From: Tubiluchus corallicola
Taxonomy: Eukaryota; Animalia; Priapulida
Direction: 5' to 3'
Assembly (NCBI GenBank): GCA_030141605.1
Contig: JAQGDQ010002368.1
Location: forward strand, 930,001-994,000
DNA: 64,000 nucleotides
In this document: in pieces, positions 53,101 to 64,000 of the stretch
Layout of the letters: the number at the start of each line of letters is the position of its first letter
Numbering within the stretch: the stretch's first letter is position 1
Notes under the pieces: generated by a model
What the model was told of the DNA's origin: nothing
Seen by the model: only the letters and a program-made list of their open reading frames with translations
Database searches by the model: none
Translations under genes and position numbers: made by a program

Positions 53101-54720
53101 GTGATTTTAAAAATATATGGTTGGTCATTTTTTCGGAAAGCCTGGAAGAAATAAATTACATCAGTTTACAGTTTTCGAAATTAGCTAAGTTAGTTCATTA
53201 AATTCCGCCCTCCAGTAACACAAGTTAAATTGACCATTAAAAAAGTTATCAAGTGACAGCTGTGTCAGAGTCCTAGTAACGTAGTGGCCCTCCGAAGTCA
53301 CCTTGATACACCTCTTGTCTTCGTATTTCCCCCAACTGTTTCCATTTCAAATACAGGGCTTAAATTGAGAGTACGATAAAAAGGTTTCGGGTGAGGATTG
53401 CCAAAGATTCCTGTAACAAGTGATTCCTTTAACTTAATGGCTTAGTTTAACATCTAGCAATACACAACGTTTTTCATTTCATTTAGAGGGGTTAAACTGA
53501 AAGTACGATAAAAAAAAGTTTTCGAGTGAGGATTGTAAGACAAGTGATTTCTTTAACATAATCGGTTCCCGCTGAGGTCACCTTGATACACTTCGTCTCT
53601 TCGAATTTTCCCTAAATTTTCTGCCGAGCCTGATTAAATTTACAGGGCAAACCTCTTTCCAAATTAAGCTCCACACTCACGCACGTAGTTCACATCTGCC
53701 ATTTCTCACAACGCACGCGGAATTAGCAAGCGTGCATGGAAAAGTGATGTCACCTCTTAAGCAATTAATAATTAAATGAATAAGCTTGAATTTCCCTCAC
53801 GGGATTCTTAAAAGTGCTTACTCACTTACTTATCATTTGTAAGAGATAAGCTTCGCTGCAACTGTTTGCGCTGCGTTTGCATCTCGTGCATGTTACATTC
53901 GAGAATATTGTTGCTTCATACTGCTTTGTTGATTAGTTGGCTTCTTAAATTGGCAAATTGACATTGACATTACTTTGGGTGGTACCTACTGCTGCTAATA
54001 ATGGTTCACAAATTTTACGTAGCTTTTTTCACGTAAAATTGGACGTGTAGGCCAAAAATTCATTATTTTTCGTATAACGAGGTCGCCCTTGCGCGTGTAA
54101 CGTGAATTGCATAATTCCAAAGTGAAAAGCATATCGGGATAAAGTCAAATTAAAATAATATACATATATTTGTCGAATTATTGTTGCTATCTGGAAAAGT
54201 TTCAGATATATTATCTTACATAACGTGTATTGTCTGTAGATTAATTGAAATGTTTTTAAGATTTTGTTTTAACATTACTGTAACCCGTATTTTCAAAAGT
54301 TTTAGTCTAAATTACACCTTCATTGTTGTTTAACTTACTTAAACTGTATTGATATAGCAAATATTGTTTTAATTTACATTCTGAAGATGCCAAACGATTG
54401 CCGAAATTTTGAAGATATAAATTCCGATTGTATCAATGAATGTAATTATATGTAATTAGTCAACATTTTCTACTTTGAACGAACTCACGTACAGGCAAAG
54501 AACTCTTTTCTTGTCAAAAATGGATATAACTGGATTTGATAGTCACTCTTCATATATAGTTAACTGCAGCTTGGGCAGCATGTGCGATAAAATTGAATTT
54601 TCGGCAAGAATTAGCGTATAATTGGTTTAGCAATGGTTTCAGTAAAAGGTGAAGCCGTAATAAGACTAATGGCTTCAGTTGCAGCTGCCATTACAGCAGT
54701 CACTGCTCAAATTCATGGCA

Positions 54721-54910
54721 GTGTCTTCAAGCATTGTCCATAGTAAAGTCAAATTCACGACGGTTGTGTGCTTCAAGCACTGTCCACAGTAGATTCATAT
54801 TCACAAATAACAAAGGTTGTGTGCTTCAAGCACTGTTCACGGTAAAGTCATATTCACAAATCACAATGATTGTGTGCTTCAAGCATTGTCCACAGCAGAG
54901 TCAAATTCAC
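54721..54910. repeat. Four diverged tandem copies of a 45-53-bp unit
   Basis: GTGTGCTTCAAGCA(C/T)TGTCCACAGTAAAGTCA(A/T)ATTCAC starting at 54721, 54766, 54819 and 54872. Confidence 0.85.
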
Positions 54911-54945
54911 ATTGCTGTGAAAAACGGTGGTCTAGGAAACCTTAC

Positions 54946-55005
54946 ACTTTTACTGAGCATTTCGCTGTTTGTTGCAATGAAAAAGTCAGATTTATTGTCA
55001 CTGAG

Positions 55006-55067
<62 letters not shown>

Positions 55068-55207
55068 CCGCAGTTGTTATACTGCTATTGCCACTGCCTT
55101 TGCCCCCTACTACTGCTATTGCTCTCACTGTTACTGTTGGTACACCTCTGCTGGACTGGCAGTCCTGCTGTTTTGAGTCTTAGTGTTTGGTCCTCGTGTG
55201 TAATGAC
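54946..55207 (-). other. Predicted upstream (mostly 5'UTR) exon of the LRR gene, ending in an in-frame ATG CTC AGT AAA AGT
   Basis: Acceptor AAATTCAG|G at 55208/55207 and donor AGT|GTAAGG at 54946/54945. The ATG at 54960 would join in frame to ACA-ATG of the LRR exon (MLSKS|TMAGKQ). Confidence 0.45.
55007..55066. repeat. (GAT)20 microsatellite
   Basis: Counted directly. Confidence 0.97.
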
Positions 55208-56698
55208 CTGAATTTCTATTAGAAAAAATGTAGAAGCAAGCATGTTGTAGTAAAATTAACAGAGCTTAAGAAATCAAGAAATTTGCCAGTCATCCAAGAG
55301 CTTTCCTAAAAGACTCCCGTATGTCTAACAGGCAAAAGCAGTACTGTACCACACCTGATTAGGCCAATCATAAAATGCAAGGCTCTCAAATCAGAAATTG
55401 TAACAAACTTTATGCTTATTGGCAACAAAAATAAATTTCAGTCTTCACCCATTTTTTTCAAACACAATTCATTTCAATATAAGTCATAATTAGATCAGCA
55501 TTCATCGCAAAAGTGATCTCCTTTACTATATCAGCTAGTCGTATGTATGGTATGAACGTATTGTGAATTGGCTTCGTTGGCTCTATGCGACAAATCAAAT
55601 ATAGGAATATACACTCAAGAGTATTTACTGAGCAAATATTAAGCATGGGCTGTATAACTGATCTCAATAATTGCTTTTGTCGTAAGGTTGTCAATTATCT
55701 CGGAAAAGAAAATGTTAACCAATATCACTGAAAAAGTGATCTGAAGAGATATAGGTTTCGGTTTACACTTATTGTCCTAAAATGGTCGTTGCAGGCTGAG
55801 CCTAACTGTAGGCAAATTTATACGATAGACGAATAGTTAAACCTAAGTAATTTATGAAAATGTAAAACATAATCAGTAACTTCTAAAAAAAATTCACGTC
55901 TTATGAATACCGCAAAATGTCTTTTCACCACTACCCAATACTAGCAGATATTACAAGCGAAGCTTACTATAGTGACATCATTATGTAAATACAAAATACA
56001 CACCGCATTTTTTTAAGTAAAAAATTACTGAAAACGTCATTATCACTGCTTATTGCAACACGCATATGATCATACGGCGACATAAATTCCCGACATAGTT
56101 ATAATTTTTATAAATATATTTCAGCAAGATAGAAATGTCATCTCGATTGCACAGAAGCTAAATTTTGACTTCAACACCTTGTAATCTGTACTTTGCAGTC
56201 TGTGTAGGGCATTGTGATTATTCGAGGTATGAAGCCGTGTCTACATTCCTGTTTCCGGTGACCTCGGGAAAAAGAGTTGAAAATAATAAGATAGCAACGC
56301 GTGACTGACTGTCCCTTAAGCACAGCTCCAATTTAAGATATTCTGTTTGCTTAGAAGAAACCCTAGCTTTACTTACTGTCGCTATTGTAATATATCTATG
56401 ATCAAACACAAAGCAGCTCAGCGTTTGACCACAGTTAGACATAACACAGTTCTAATCTGACACGTAGTTAGACATTAGTGTTCATGCTAAATCAAGCATA
56501 CATAGAATATACATGCCATATAGCATAATTTTACTTATTTGTTTGAAGTTTTACTTCAGCACTTTAGTATATTGGAAAGTTTATGTACATTCAATAATAA
56601 TAATTGCTTCTGTTTTTGTGTGCATAATAAGTTTTGTAACATTGTATTATATTAATCATGATATTACGATGTTTATTCATTTTTTTAAATTTCTGCAG

Positions 56699-59600
56699 GT
56701 GCTCACAGTCATCAAGGAAAACCCAAATATTTGCAAGCAAATTCACCTGCCAGCACAGAGTGGAAACTCAACAGTATTGACTGCAATGCGCAGAGGATAC
56801 ACTAGAGACACCTATATAGACTTAGTCCATCATATTCGAAGTATTCTGCCAGGTAACTGTTATTGTCTGTTCATAGGTTATTGTGTTATGTTACAGTGTC
56901 TTAATGGCAGTGTGGTTTATCATATCACATTCACAGTATGCTGGCCTAAAATCTGGACTATTGTGTTTCTTTCACAAATTTGTTAAGTAATATTAATTTG
57001 CTGTTATATATGTTCTTATATTCATTTTTAATCATAATTAAAACATATTTTGTTGTGAAATAAATGAGTTACTAATAATAACTAATAATAATAAATAATA
57101 ATTATTTAAATTCACCAGCCTAGAACAATAATGATAGTAAAGTGGTTAGTCATTTCTAAAACAACTTTTGATAATTTTTTCCACAAATTCTTTTCGTTTT
57201 TGCAGAACAAAATGACTTTATAGGAAAAAAACATTTATTAAGTTTTAAACGAACCGTTAAAGAACTCGTATGTGTGTGTGTTACTTCTTAACATGGCTTC
57301 AAATTTTGTAATCGTATGTGTGTGTTACTTCTTAACATGGCTTCAAATTTTGTAATCGTATGTGTGTGTGTTACTTCTTAACATGGCTTCAAATTTTGTA
57401 ATCGTATGTGTGTGTTACTTCTTAACATGGCTTCAAATTTTGTAATCGTATGTGTGAGTTACTTCTTAACATGGCTTCAAATTTTGTAATCGTATGTGTG
57501 TGTTACTTCTTAACATGGCTTCAAATTTTGTAATCGTATGTGAGTGTTACTTCTTAACATGGCTTCAAATTTTCTAATGTCTTTTTCAGGTGTTTTTTTA
57601 TCAAGTGACTTCATCTGTGGTTTTTGTAACGAGACTGAAGAGGCTCACGAAGACACGCTGTCGCTTATTCGGCTAGTCAAATACAATTTTTGCTACATGT
57701 TTCCATTTAGTTTGAGAAAGGTGGGTGAAAAAATGAAGAAAAACAGAGAAATGTAGAGATTGGCTAGAAGTATGAAGTGTTTTACGGTTGCCAACACCCG
57801 ACCACTTAAGTATGACTGACTCGTAGTGTCACTTGTTTGGCAACTCGTTATCTTAATTTAGTGTTTATGAATTTATTTAAAAGCACTGATTAGCAGGGCC
57901 TATTTCATGGGGCGGGGGAGTGGGGATACTTCCCTGGGCCCTCACCCTCCAGGGGGGCCTCACACCAAGGTAACATTTTTTTCTTTATGCGAACATACTG
58001 CCTCTTCTCTCTCTCTTGCCGCACGCGCGCCGTTTGCCAGTATTGACAAGTATTAAGGACTGGTCTTGAGAATAAAGCAGTTTTTCTTTCAACTGTTCTT
58101 TCCTTTAACAACTGTATAACTCCATATTTTCTCTTCGAAAAAAATGCTTCTCCGGCGTTCTAGCAGTTCAAAAATTTTCTGCACGCCAACCATGATGGCA
58201 CCCATGCCCCGGCGCTTCATGCCACCCCCCCCCCCCCAAGGGGGCCTCACATGCCCCACTTCCCCGGGCCTAGCTTAGGCTGAAATAGGCCCTGCTGATT
58301 GGCACCGATTTGTGATGAAGATCGGGTGAGAAAAATGTGAGCAGAATTTCAAAGATTATTGTACAGGCATTACAGACATTTTCAGTTTTAATATTTTCTT
58401 GTAGAAGACTCATGCATATCACAAGCTAGAAGACAACGTGCCGCAACACGTCAAGGTTCGTCGGATGCAGGAAATTCTTGATTGTTTTCGACAAGAAGCA
58501 GAGAAGTTGAATGCGCAGCTTGTTGGCTCTGAACAGCTGGTGTTAATTGAAGGAGTAAGTTGATTTTAGTAGGTGATTCAAAAAAAAATAAGAAAAACAA
58601 ACCGTGGCTGCCTTAACCTAGAATGACCCAGAATTCTTTCATACATTAGCTTTATTCATTTTTTATTTTACGTAGTTAGTTAGTTAGCTAGTTATATTAG
58701 TTAGTTAGTCAGTCAGTTAGTCAGTTACTGTATATAGTTATGTACAAGTCGAATTTTTGGGAGGCGATTTTAAGGTGAAATTTTTGGGGTCGACTTATAC
58801 TTACGATATGTTTTTTGACTTGTACCACCACTTTGCATTAGTTTACCCAGTTGCTGTGGTTGTGACTTGTACCACCACTTTGCATTAGTTTACTGTGATA
58901 CACGCGTATAGTGTGCTATTTTAAAATGTGCTGATGAAGTCTGTTGTTCTTTTACCAGACAAGTAAACGATCACAACAAGATTTATTCGGCAGAAATGAC
59001 GGCGGTACTAAAGTCATTGTACCTGACGTTGAGGTGCCCCTAGGAGTTTCCACTGAAATTCACAAACGACTAAAACCAGGAGATTATGTTGTAGTGCACG
59101 TAAGTGTTTTGTGAAATTTTTGTTGACAGTTAAGTAACATTAAACCTGTTCTGTTCTGAGCTAGAGAAACAGAGTTAATATTCATCTCTTGCTTACTGTT
59201 GAAGTTTGAACTTGTATCAGTAATTTATTGTTAAAAACTTGAACTTAAAAATTATTACTAAGAGTTGAAACTTTTCCCACTTAAACATTATCAGTGTTTT
59301 TGATCAAGCAGAAGACCTTTTATGGCATTTCATTAAAAAAAGAGCTTACATGTACCTCGCATAGGATATGAGAAAGAGCTTACATGTACCTCACATAGGA
59401 TATGAGAAAGAGCTTACATGTACCTCGCATAGGATATGAGAAAGAGCTTACATGTACCTCGCATAGGATATGAGAAAGTGCTTACATGTACCTCGCATAG
59501 GATATGAGAAAGAGCTTACATGTACCTCGCATAGGATATGAGAAAGAGCTTACATGTACCTCGCATAGGATATGAGAAAGAGCTTACATGTACCTCACAT

Positions 59601-60995
59601 AGGATATGAGAAAGAGCTTACATGTACCTCGCATAGGATATGAGAAAGAGCTTACATGTACCTCGCATAGGATATGAGAAAGAGCTTACATGTACCTCGC
59701 ATAGGATATGAGAAAGAGCTTACATGTACCTCACATAGGATATGAGAAAGAGCTTACATGTACCTCACATAGGATATGAGAAAGAGCTTACATGTACCTC
59801 ACATAGGATATGAGAAAGATCTTACATGTACCTCACATAGGATATGAGAAAGAGCTTACATGTACCTCGTGTAGTATATGAGAAAGAGCTTACATGTACC
59901 TCGCATAGGATATGAGAAAGAGCTTACATGTACCTCACATAGGATATGAGAAAGAGCTTACATGTACCTCACATAGGATATGAGAAAGAGCTTACATGTA
60001 CCTCGTGTAGGATATGAGAAAGAGCTTACATGTACCTCGTGTAGTATATGAGAAAGAGCTTACATGTACCTCGCATAGGATATGAGAAAGAGCTTACATG
60101 TACCTCACATAGGATATGAGAAAGAGCTTACATGTACCTCGCATAGGATATGAGAAAGAGCTTACATGTACCTCACATAGGATATGAGAAAGAGCTTACA
60201 TGTACCTCGCATAGGATATGAGAAAGAGCTTACATGTACCTCACATAGGATATGAGAAAGAGCTTACATGTACCTCGTGTAGGATATGAGAAAGAGCTTA
60301 CATGTACCTCGCATAGGATATGAGAAAGAGCTTACATGTACCTCGCATAGGATATGAGAAAGAGCTTACATGTACCTCGTGTAGTATATGAGAAAGAGCT
60401 TACATGTACCTTGTGTAGTATATGAGAAAGAGCTTACATGTACCTCTTGTAGTATATGAGAAAGAGCTTACATGTACCTCACATAGGATATGAGACACTC
60501 TAAATATCGAGATTACTTTTTCAAAATAACTGGCACTGAAGACCTAAATAAAATCAACATTACAGTATTCATCTGATGGTTTAAGTCTGTGTGCATCTAC
60601 ACTAATACTACAATTTTGTTCTGAATTGCATAAAGAAAGAACCAAGATGTTACTTGTATGTATGTACAAATGCTGGTTTATCCATTGAGACCAAGAAATC
60701 TCTAAAATTGCATTGTGAATTTATAGCCTTGTTTTGAAGCACCTAACTCTGTAATGTGATTCCTTATTTAAAGTGTTTGTAAGGAAAACATGGAAGCTGG
60801 AGACATTTTTTGTCTGGCTACATTTACAACAATTTGTAATGAAAACTGTTACATTTGCAGGTGAATTCGTCTACATCACAGGTACTGAAAGCAACACCTA
60901 TGTTTCACACGACTTTGCAGGATTATTCAAGACAAAGCTATTGCAAGGAGATCTATGCATCCTATCAAACCTACATGAAGAGTAGCATTCGGTGA
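56699..60995 (+). CDS. CDK5RAP1: CDK5RAP1 (mitochondrial tRNA methylthiotransferase, MiaB family): last five exons only, 236 aa, C-terminal radical-SAM barrel plus TRAM domain
   Basis: Exons 56699-56852 ([27 protein letters not shown]), 57590-57720 ([20 protein letters not shown]), 58405-58554 ([13 protein letters not shown]...QLVLIEG), 58959-59099 ([19 protein letters not shown]...KPGDYVVV), 60861-60995 ([11 protein letters not shown]...*). All are in phase with no stops. Confidence 0.95.
57266..57573. repeat. Minisatellite, seven copies of a 44/46-bp unit, ending 16 bp before a CDK5RAP1 exon
   Basis: TCGTATGTGTGTGTTACTTCTTAACATGGCTTCAAATTTTGTAA repeated; unit length differs by one TG. Confidence 0.95.
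57894..58294. mobile_element. hAT MITE, 401 bp
   Basis: Perfect 14-bp TIR CAGGGCCTATTTCA / TGAAATAGGCCCTG; TSD CTGATTAG / CTGATTGG. Confidence 0.9.
59339..60494. repeat. Minisatellite, 34 copies of a 34-bp unit, in the last CDK5RAP1 intron
   Basis: AAAGAGCTTACATGTACCTCGCATAGGATATGAG head-to-tail over 1156 bp with no spacers. Confidence 0.97.
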
Positions 60996-61377
60996 CATTA
61001 CGTCGGACTAGATCTGCAATAGCATAGCTGGTCTAATCTTTAATCTTTCAAGAATCTAGACAAAATTGCTTATGGTCACAATCAAAGGTTGATAAAATAG
61101 TTAATATAAAATTAGTGTCCATCTTTGTCTCTGAAGGTGCCTAAAGTAGATTCACATTTTTTAGTCATCTTAAATATCGAAATTTCTTAAATTGTATAAT
61201 TTCCTGACAGATCTGCCATTTTTAAATTCGTCTGTATCATTTGAATTGAGCTGTTCGATCATTAAACTGAATTGGTTTTTGGATTTTCAAAATCAATGAC
61301 AAAAAGTGACAAAATGTGGCTAATTATTATGATTACATGTACAATATTGATATAATTATTAAATAAAAACTTAATTT

Positions 61378-61381
<4 letters not shown>

Positions 61382-61418
<37 letters not shown>
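61382..61418. repeat. (TA)n microsatellite downstream of a candidate CDK5RAP1 polyA signal (AATAAA at about 61362)
   Basis: Seen directly. Confidence 0.9.
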
Positions 61419-61420
<2 letters not shown>

Positions 61421-62077
61421 TGATATAATTTTCATGCCTTGCAAAATTTATTGCAGGTATTGGTGCTGTATGAAGTGTCTATTGCATTTTAGAAAATAAT
61501 CTACAAATGTTCAGTAATGCAATTACACATTGAGGTGCAAAATATATTTCTTGTGCGTAACTTATACTTAAAAAAGACATAAAACAGATTACTTCTGTAA
61601 GCATTACATTTTAATATGTTATATCACAAGTAAAACAAGTAACATTTAGTTTCCATGTTAATTGTTGTAATTACACACCCCTGTCAGAATTTTTAATAGT
61701 AGTGACTATAATTTGCATAATATATCATGGTGCTTTTTAATTTTTAAATAACAGTATATAATGACGTAAAAATAGTTTCATTTCAACTGATGTTTTCATC
61801 CATTTGTTAACTGCTATCACCACAGATAATTTACTATAATTATTAATTAACAGATTTACTGAAATCTGAGTCGAGTCACAACTGTTACCACAGACTATGC
61901 TTAATATCAAACCCGGTTAACGTCTATTTACAAAGACCTTTGAAAGTAATATTTAAAATCATGCAAATTTGAACATCTGCAAATTCACAAGTTAACAAAG
62001 TTTCACCAATGTGTCGTGACATTAGTAGCGAAAGCAACGCAGTAAATTCTACAAAACTAGATTTTGTATAATCATAT

Positions 62078-62540
62078 CAGTGGAGGCTTGTGTATAGGCA
62101 CTACGGAACTGCAGCAGCCCCTGTTTTCACTCGATATTAGTGATAACATTCAACATAATGTGTCTTTCTTTCTTTATTTCTTTCTTTATATTTGTACATT
62201 ATATAATTCTTAAGTCTAATGTAAGTAGCCATTTCCTAGTCCATGGAAAAATTACAAAATCCTTGTTCGGAACTGTGTGCTTCATAGTTCCAGCGACGTG
62301 GTGTTTGGCCGTTCTGTGCATGCGGGCATGAGAACATGCCTGAGATAAGAAGCCGCACGCTAAGTAGAGAAAGCACTGTCTCTCATGCAGTGCCGACCCT
62401 GTTGTGCAAGTGTAAGGTAGTGTTTCTTTTTGACTAAATTTTGTTTTTATATGTTTGTCTCATTTTACACAGTATTAAAACATTGGTTAAAAATTTTCTG
62501 AAGCAGCGTCCACAACAATTTTAACTACAAGCCTCTACTG
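62078..62540. mobile_element. MITE with 14-bp TIRs
   Basis: CAGTGGAGGCTTGT / ACAAGCCTCTACTG (13 of 14 match); no clear TSD. Confidence 0.75.
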
Positions 62541-62735
62541 AACAGCATTGTATTCATTAACAATCAGTAAGCCTAACAATTAACTCAACCAAATATAAAA
62601 TTCCAGCAAGAAATTCAGTTACATTCAGTTAAAACGGCACATTTTAAAATTATTTACTGCGAACATTAATTACTACAGTCTCCACTCATATGTTATTGTA
62701 GGTGAGATTGAAAATTTTTTACATATAATTTACAG

Positions 62736-63103
62736 CAGGAGTGTCCAACATACGGCCCGCGGGCCAGAATCCGGCCCGCCATGCGTTTCTATCCGGCCCG
62801 CAAAGTTTCTCTTATTTGGTCAAAATTTAATAGACAGCTGCACTTGTGACCCAACTATCAGATTTGCCGGTCGTCAACAATCCATGAAGGTCACAGTCAT
62901 TAACAAACAAAAGCAGTGCCAGATTTCACATTAAACTGATCAAAAGCATGAACTTACAAGACTGTCTCTTCTAGCTTAAATGTAACATAAAATGTATTTT
63001 GTGCTTCATTGTCTTTTTGTGGTTGTGAAATTGCTAATCCGGCCCGCAACTACTTTGAAGGTTGTACACTTGGCCCTCAGTTCAAAAAGGTTGGACACCC
63101 CTG
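62736..63103. mobile_element. hAT (Charlie-like) MITE, 368 bp
   Basis: TIR CAGGAGTGTCCAAC / GTTGGACACCCCTG, subterminal CGGCCCGC repeats, perfect 8-bp TSD ATTTACAG. Confidence 0.92.
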
Positions 63104-63733
63104 ATTTACAGGTATGTGATTTTCAATTCTACTGTTGGCTACAAGTAACTTTGAAAAGCTCAAGTAGACTAAAAAAATGTAAAAATATTTTACATACAGA
63201 TTTAATGCCACCCTTGACACTTATGTAAAAAATAGTTTAGTGAAAACAACTTACATATCTATGTTTTTCGTTGCTGTTCCTCATTATTATACAGTTATGC
63301 TTAATATTGACCATTTACACATTCAAATAACCTGTAAAACTTTACTTAAGGAAGATGTTATCTGCTTCACTCAAATTTGTGCATGAAAAAACCTAAAAAG
63401 CTACTGTAAATAGCTACAATAGCTACTAAAAGTACCACAAATACAGTTACATAAATAATATAGGGAAATAGAAAGAAATTGCAAAAAAACTATAGTAATT
63501 AACTTCATTAATTTTAGGTGTAAAATAAGATGCAGGCATAATAATAGTACAGATGAAACTTAAAAGCCACTATCATGTCGTCATAGTGACATAGAGAGGA
63601 AAAGACAAGAGTGTAATGCAGGTTAACAGGTCAGTCAATTACTAAAAATTGTAATTTGCATTATTTTTTGCTTAATCTAGCTCAGTTTTTAACTTTTCAA
63701 GTAAAACATGATAGCTGACTTAATACTCATGAA

Positions 63734-64000
63734 TGTGTATATCATTCTAAGCTATTTACTTTATAGATAACATTTTATCTAAAACTATTTGCCAAATAGC
63801 TAGCTACAATGTATATCTTCACAAACAGTAACTTTGTGTATATCATTCTAAGCGATTTACTTTATAGATAACATTTTAGCTAAAACTATTTGTCAAATAG
63901 CTAGCTACAATGTATATCTTCACAAACAATAACTTTTGTGTATATCATTCTAAGCTATTTACTTTATAGATAACATTTTAGCTAAAACTATTTGCGAAAT
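63734..64000. repeat. Tandem repeat with a 101-102-bp unit, continuing past the window end
   Basis: TGTGTATATCATTCTAAGC... starts at 63734, 63835 and 63937. Confidence 0.92.

Noticed and set aside
54734-55211. Poly-Asp ORF as the missing acidic last exon of ACL4 (also poly-Met and poly-Ser ORFs)
   Set aside because: No phase-0 plus-strand acceptor leads into the Asp frame, and the flanking residues do not resemble ACL4; the ORFs are products of (GAT)20.
57266-57573. CRISPR-like array
   Set aside because: Simple tandem repeat without spacers.
59339-60494. CRISPR array (34-bp repeat with an internal palindrome)
   Set aside because: Units are contiguous with no unique spacers, there are no cas genes, and it lies in a spliceosomal intron.

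Overview
AT-rich, intron-containing invertebrate-like animal DNA; no prokaryotic operons or CRISPR. Four protein-coding loci are supported by GT-AG exon reconstruction. (1) A SWEET1/SLC50A1 sugar transporter on the minus strand, 6913 to <1, with six coding exons. (2) A head-to-head TPR gene of the ACL4 (Rpl4 assembly chaperone) family on the plus strand, 13009-20165, with ten exons and no recognisable terminal exon. (3) A transmembrane LRR protein on the minus strand, 24460-21866, whose probable upstream exons lie about 30 kb away at 54.9-56.4 kb. (4) Only the last five exons of CDK5RAP1/MiaB on the plus strand, 56699-60995. The most unusual feature is that the 3'-less ACL4 gene and the 5'-less CDK5RAP1 gene lie on the same strand with matching phase-0 splice sites, bracketing the antisense LRR gene. 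One splice would give an open 571-aa TPR + partial radical-SAM/TRAM chimera. This could be a real rearrangement or fusion, interleaved genes, or a misassembly. The window also holds a LINE nested in a MITE between the divergent promoters, a long decayed LINE with a nested pentanucleotide tail, several hAT MITEs with TSDs, a 441-bp duplication with an inverted 29-bp copy of its junction, and minisatellites. Exon searches were done by eye, so missed small exons cannot be excluded.
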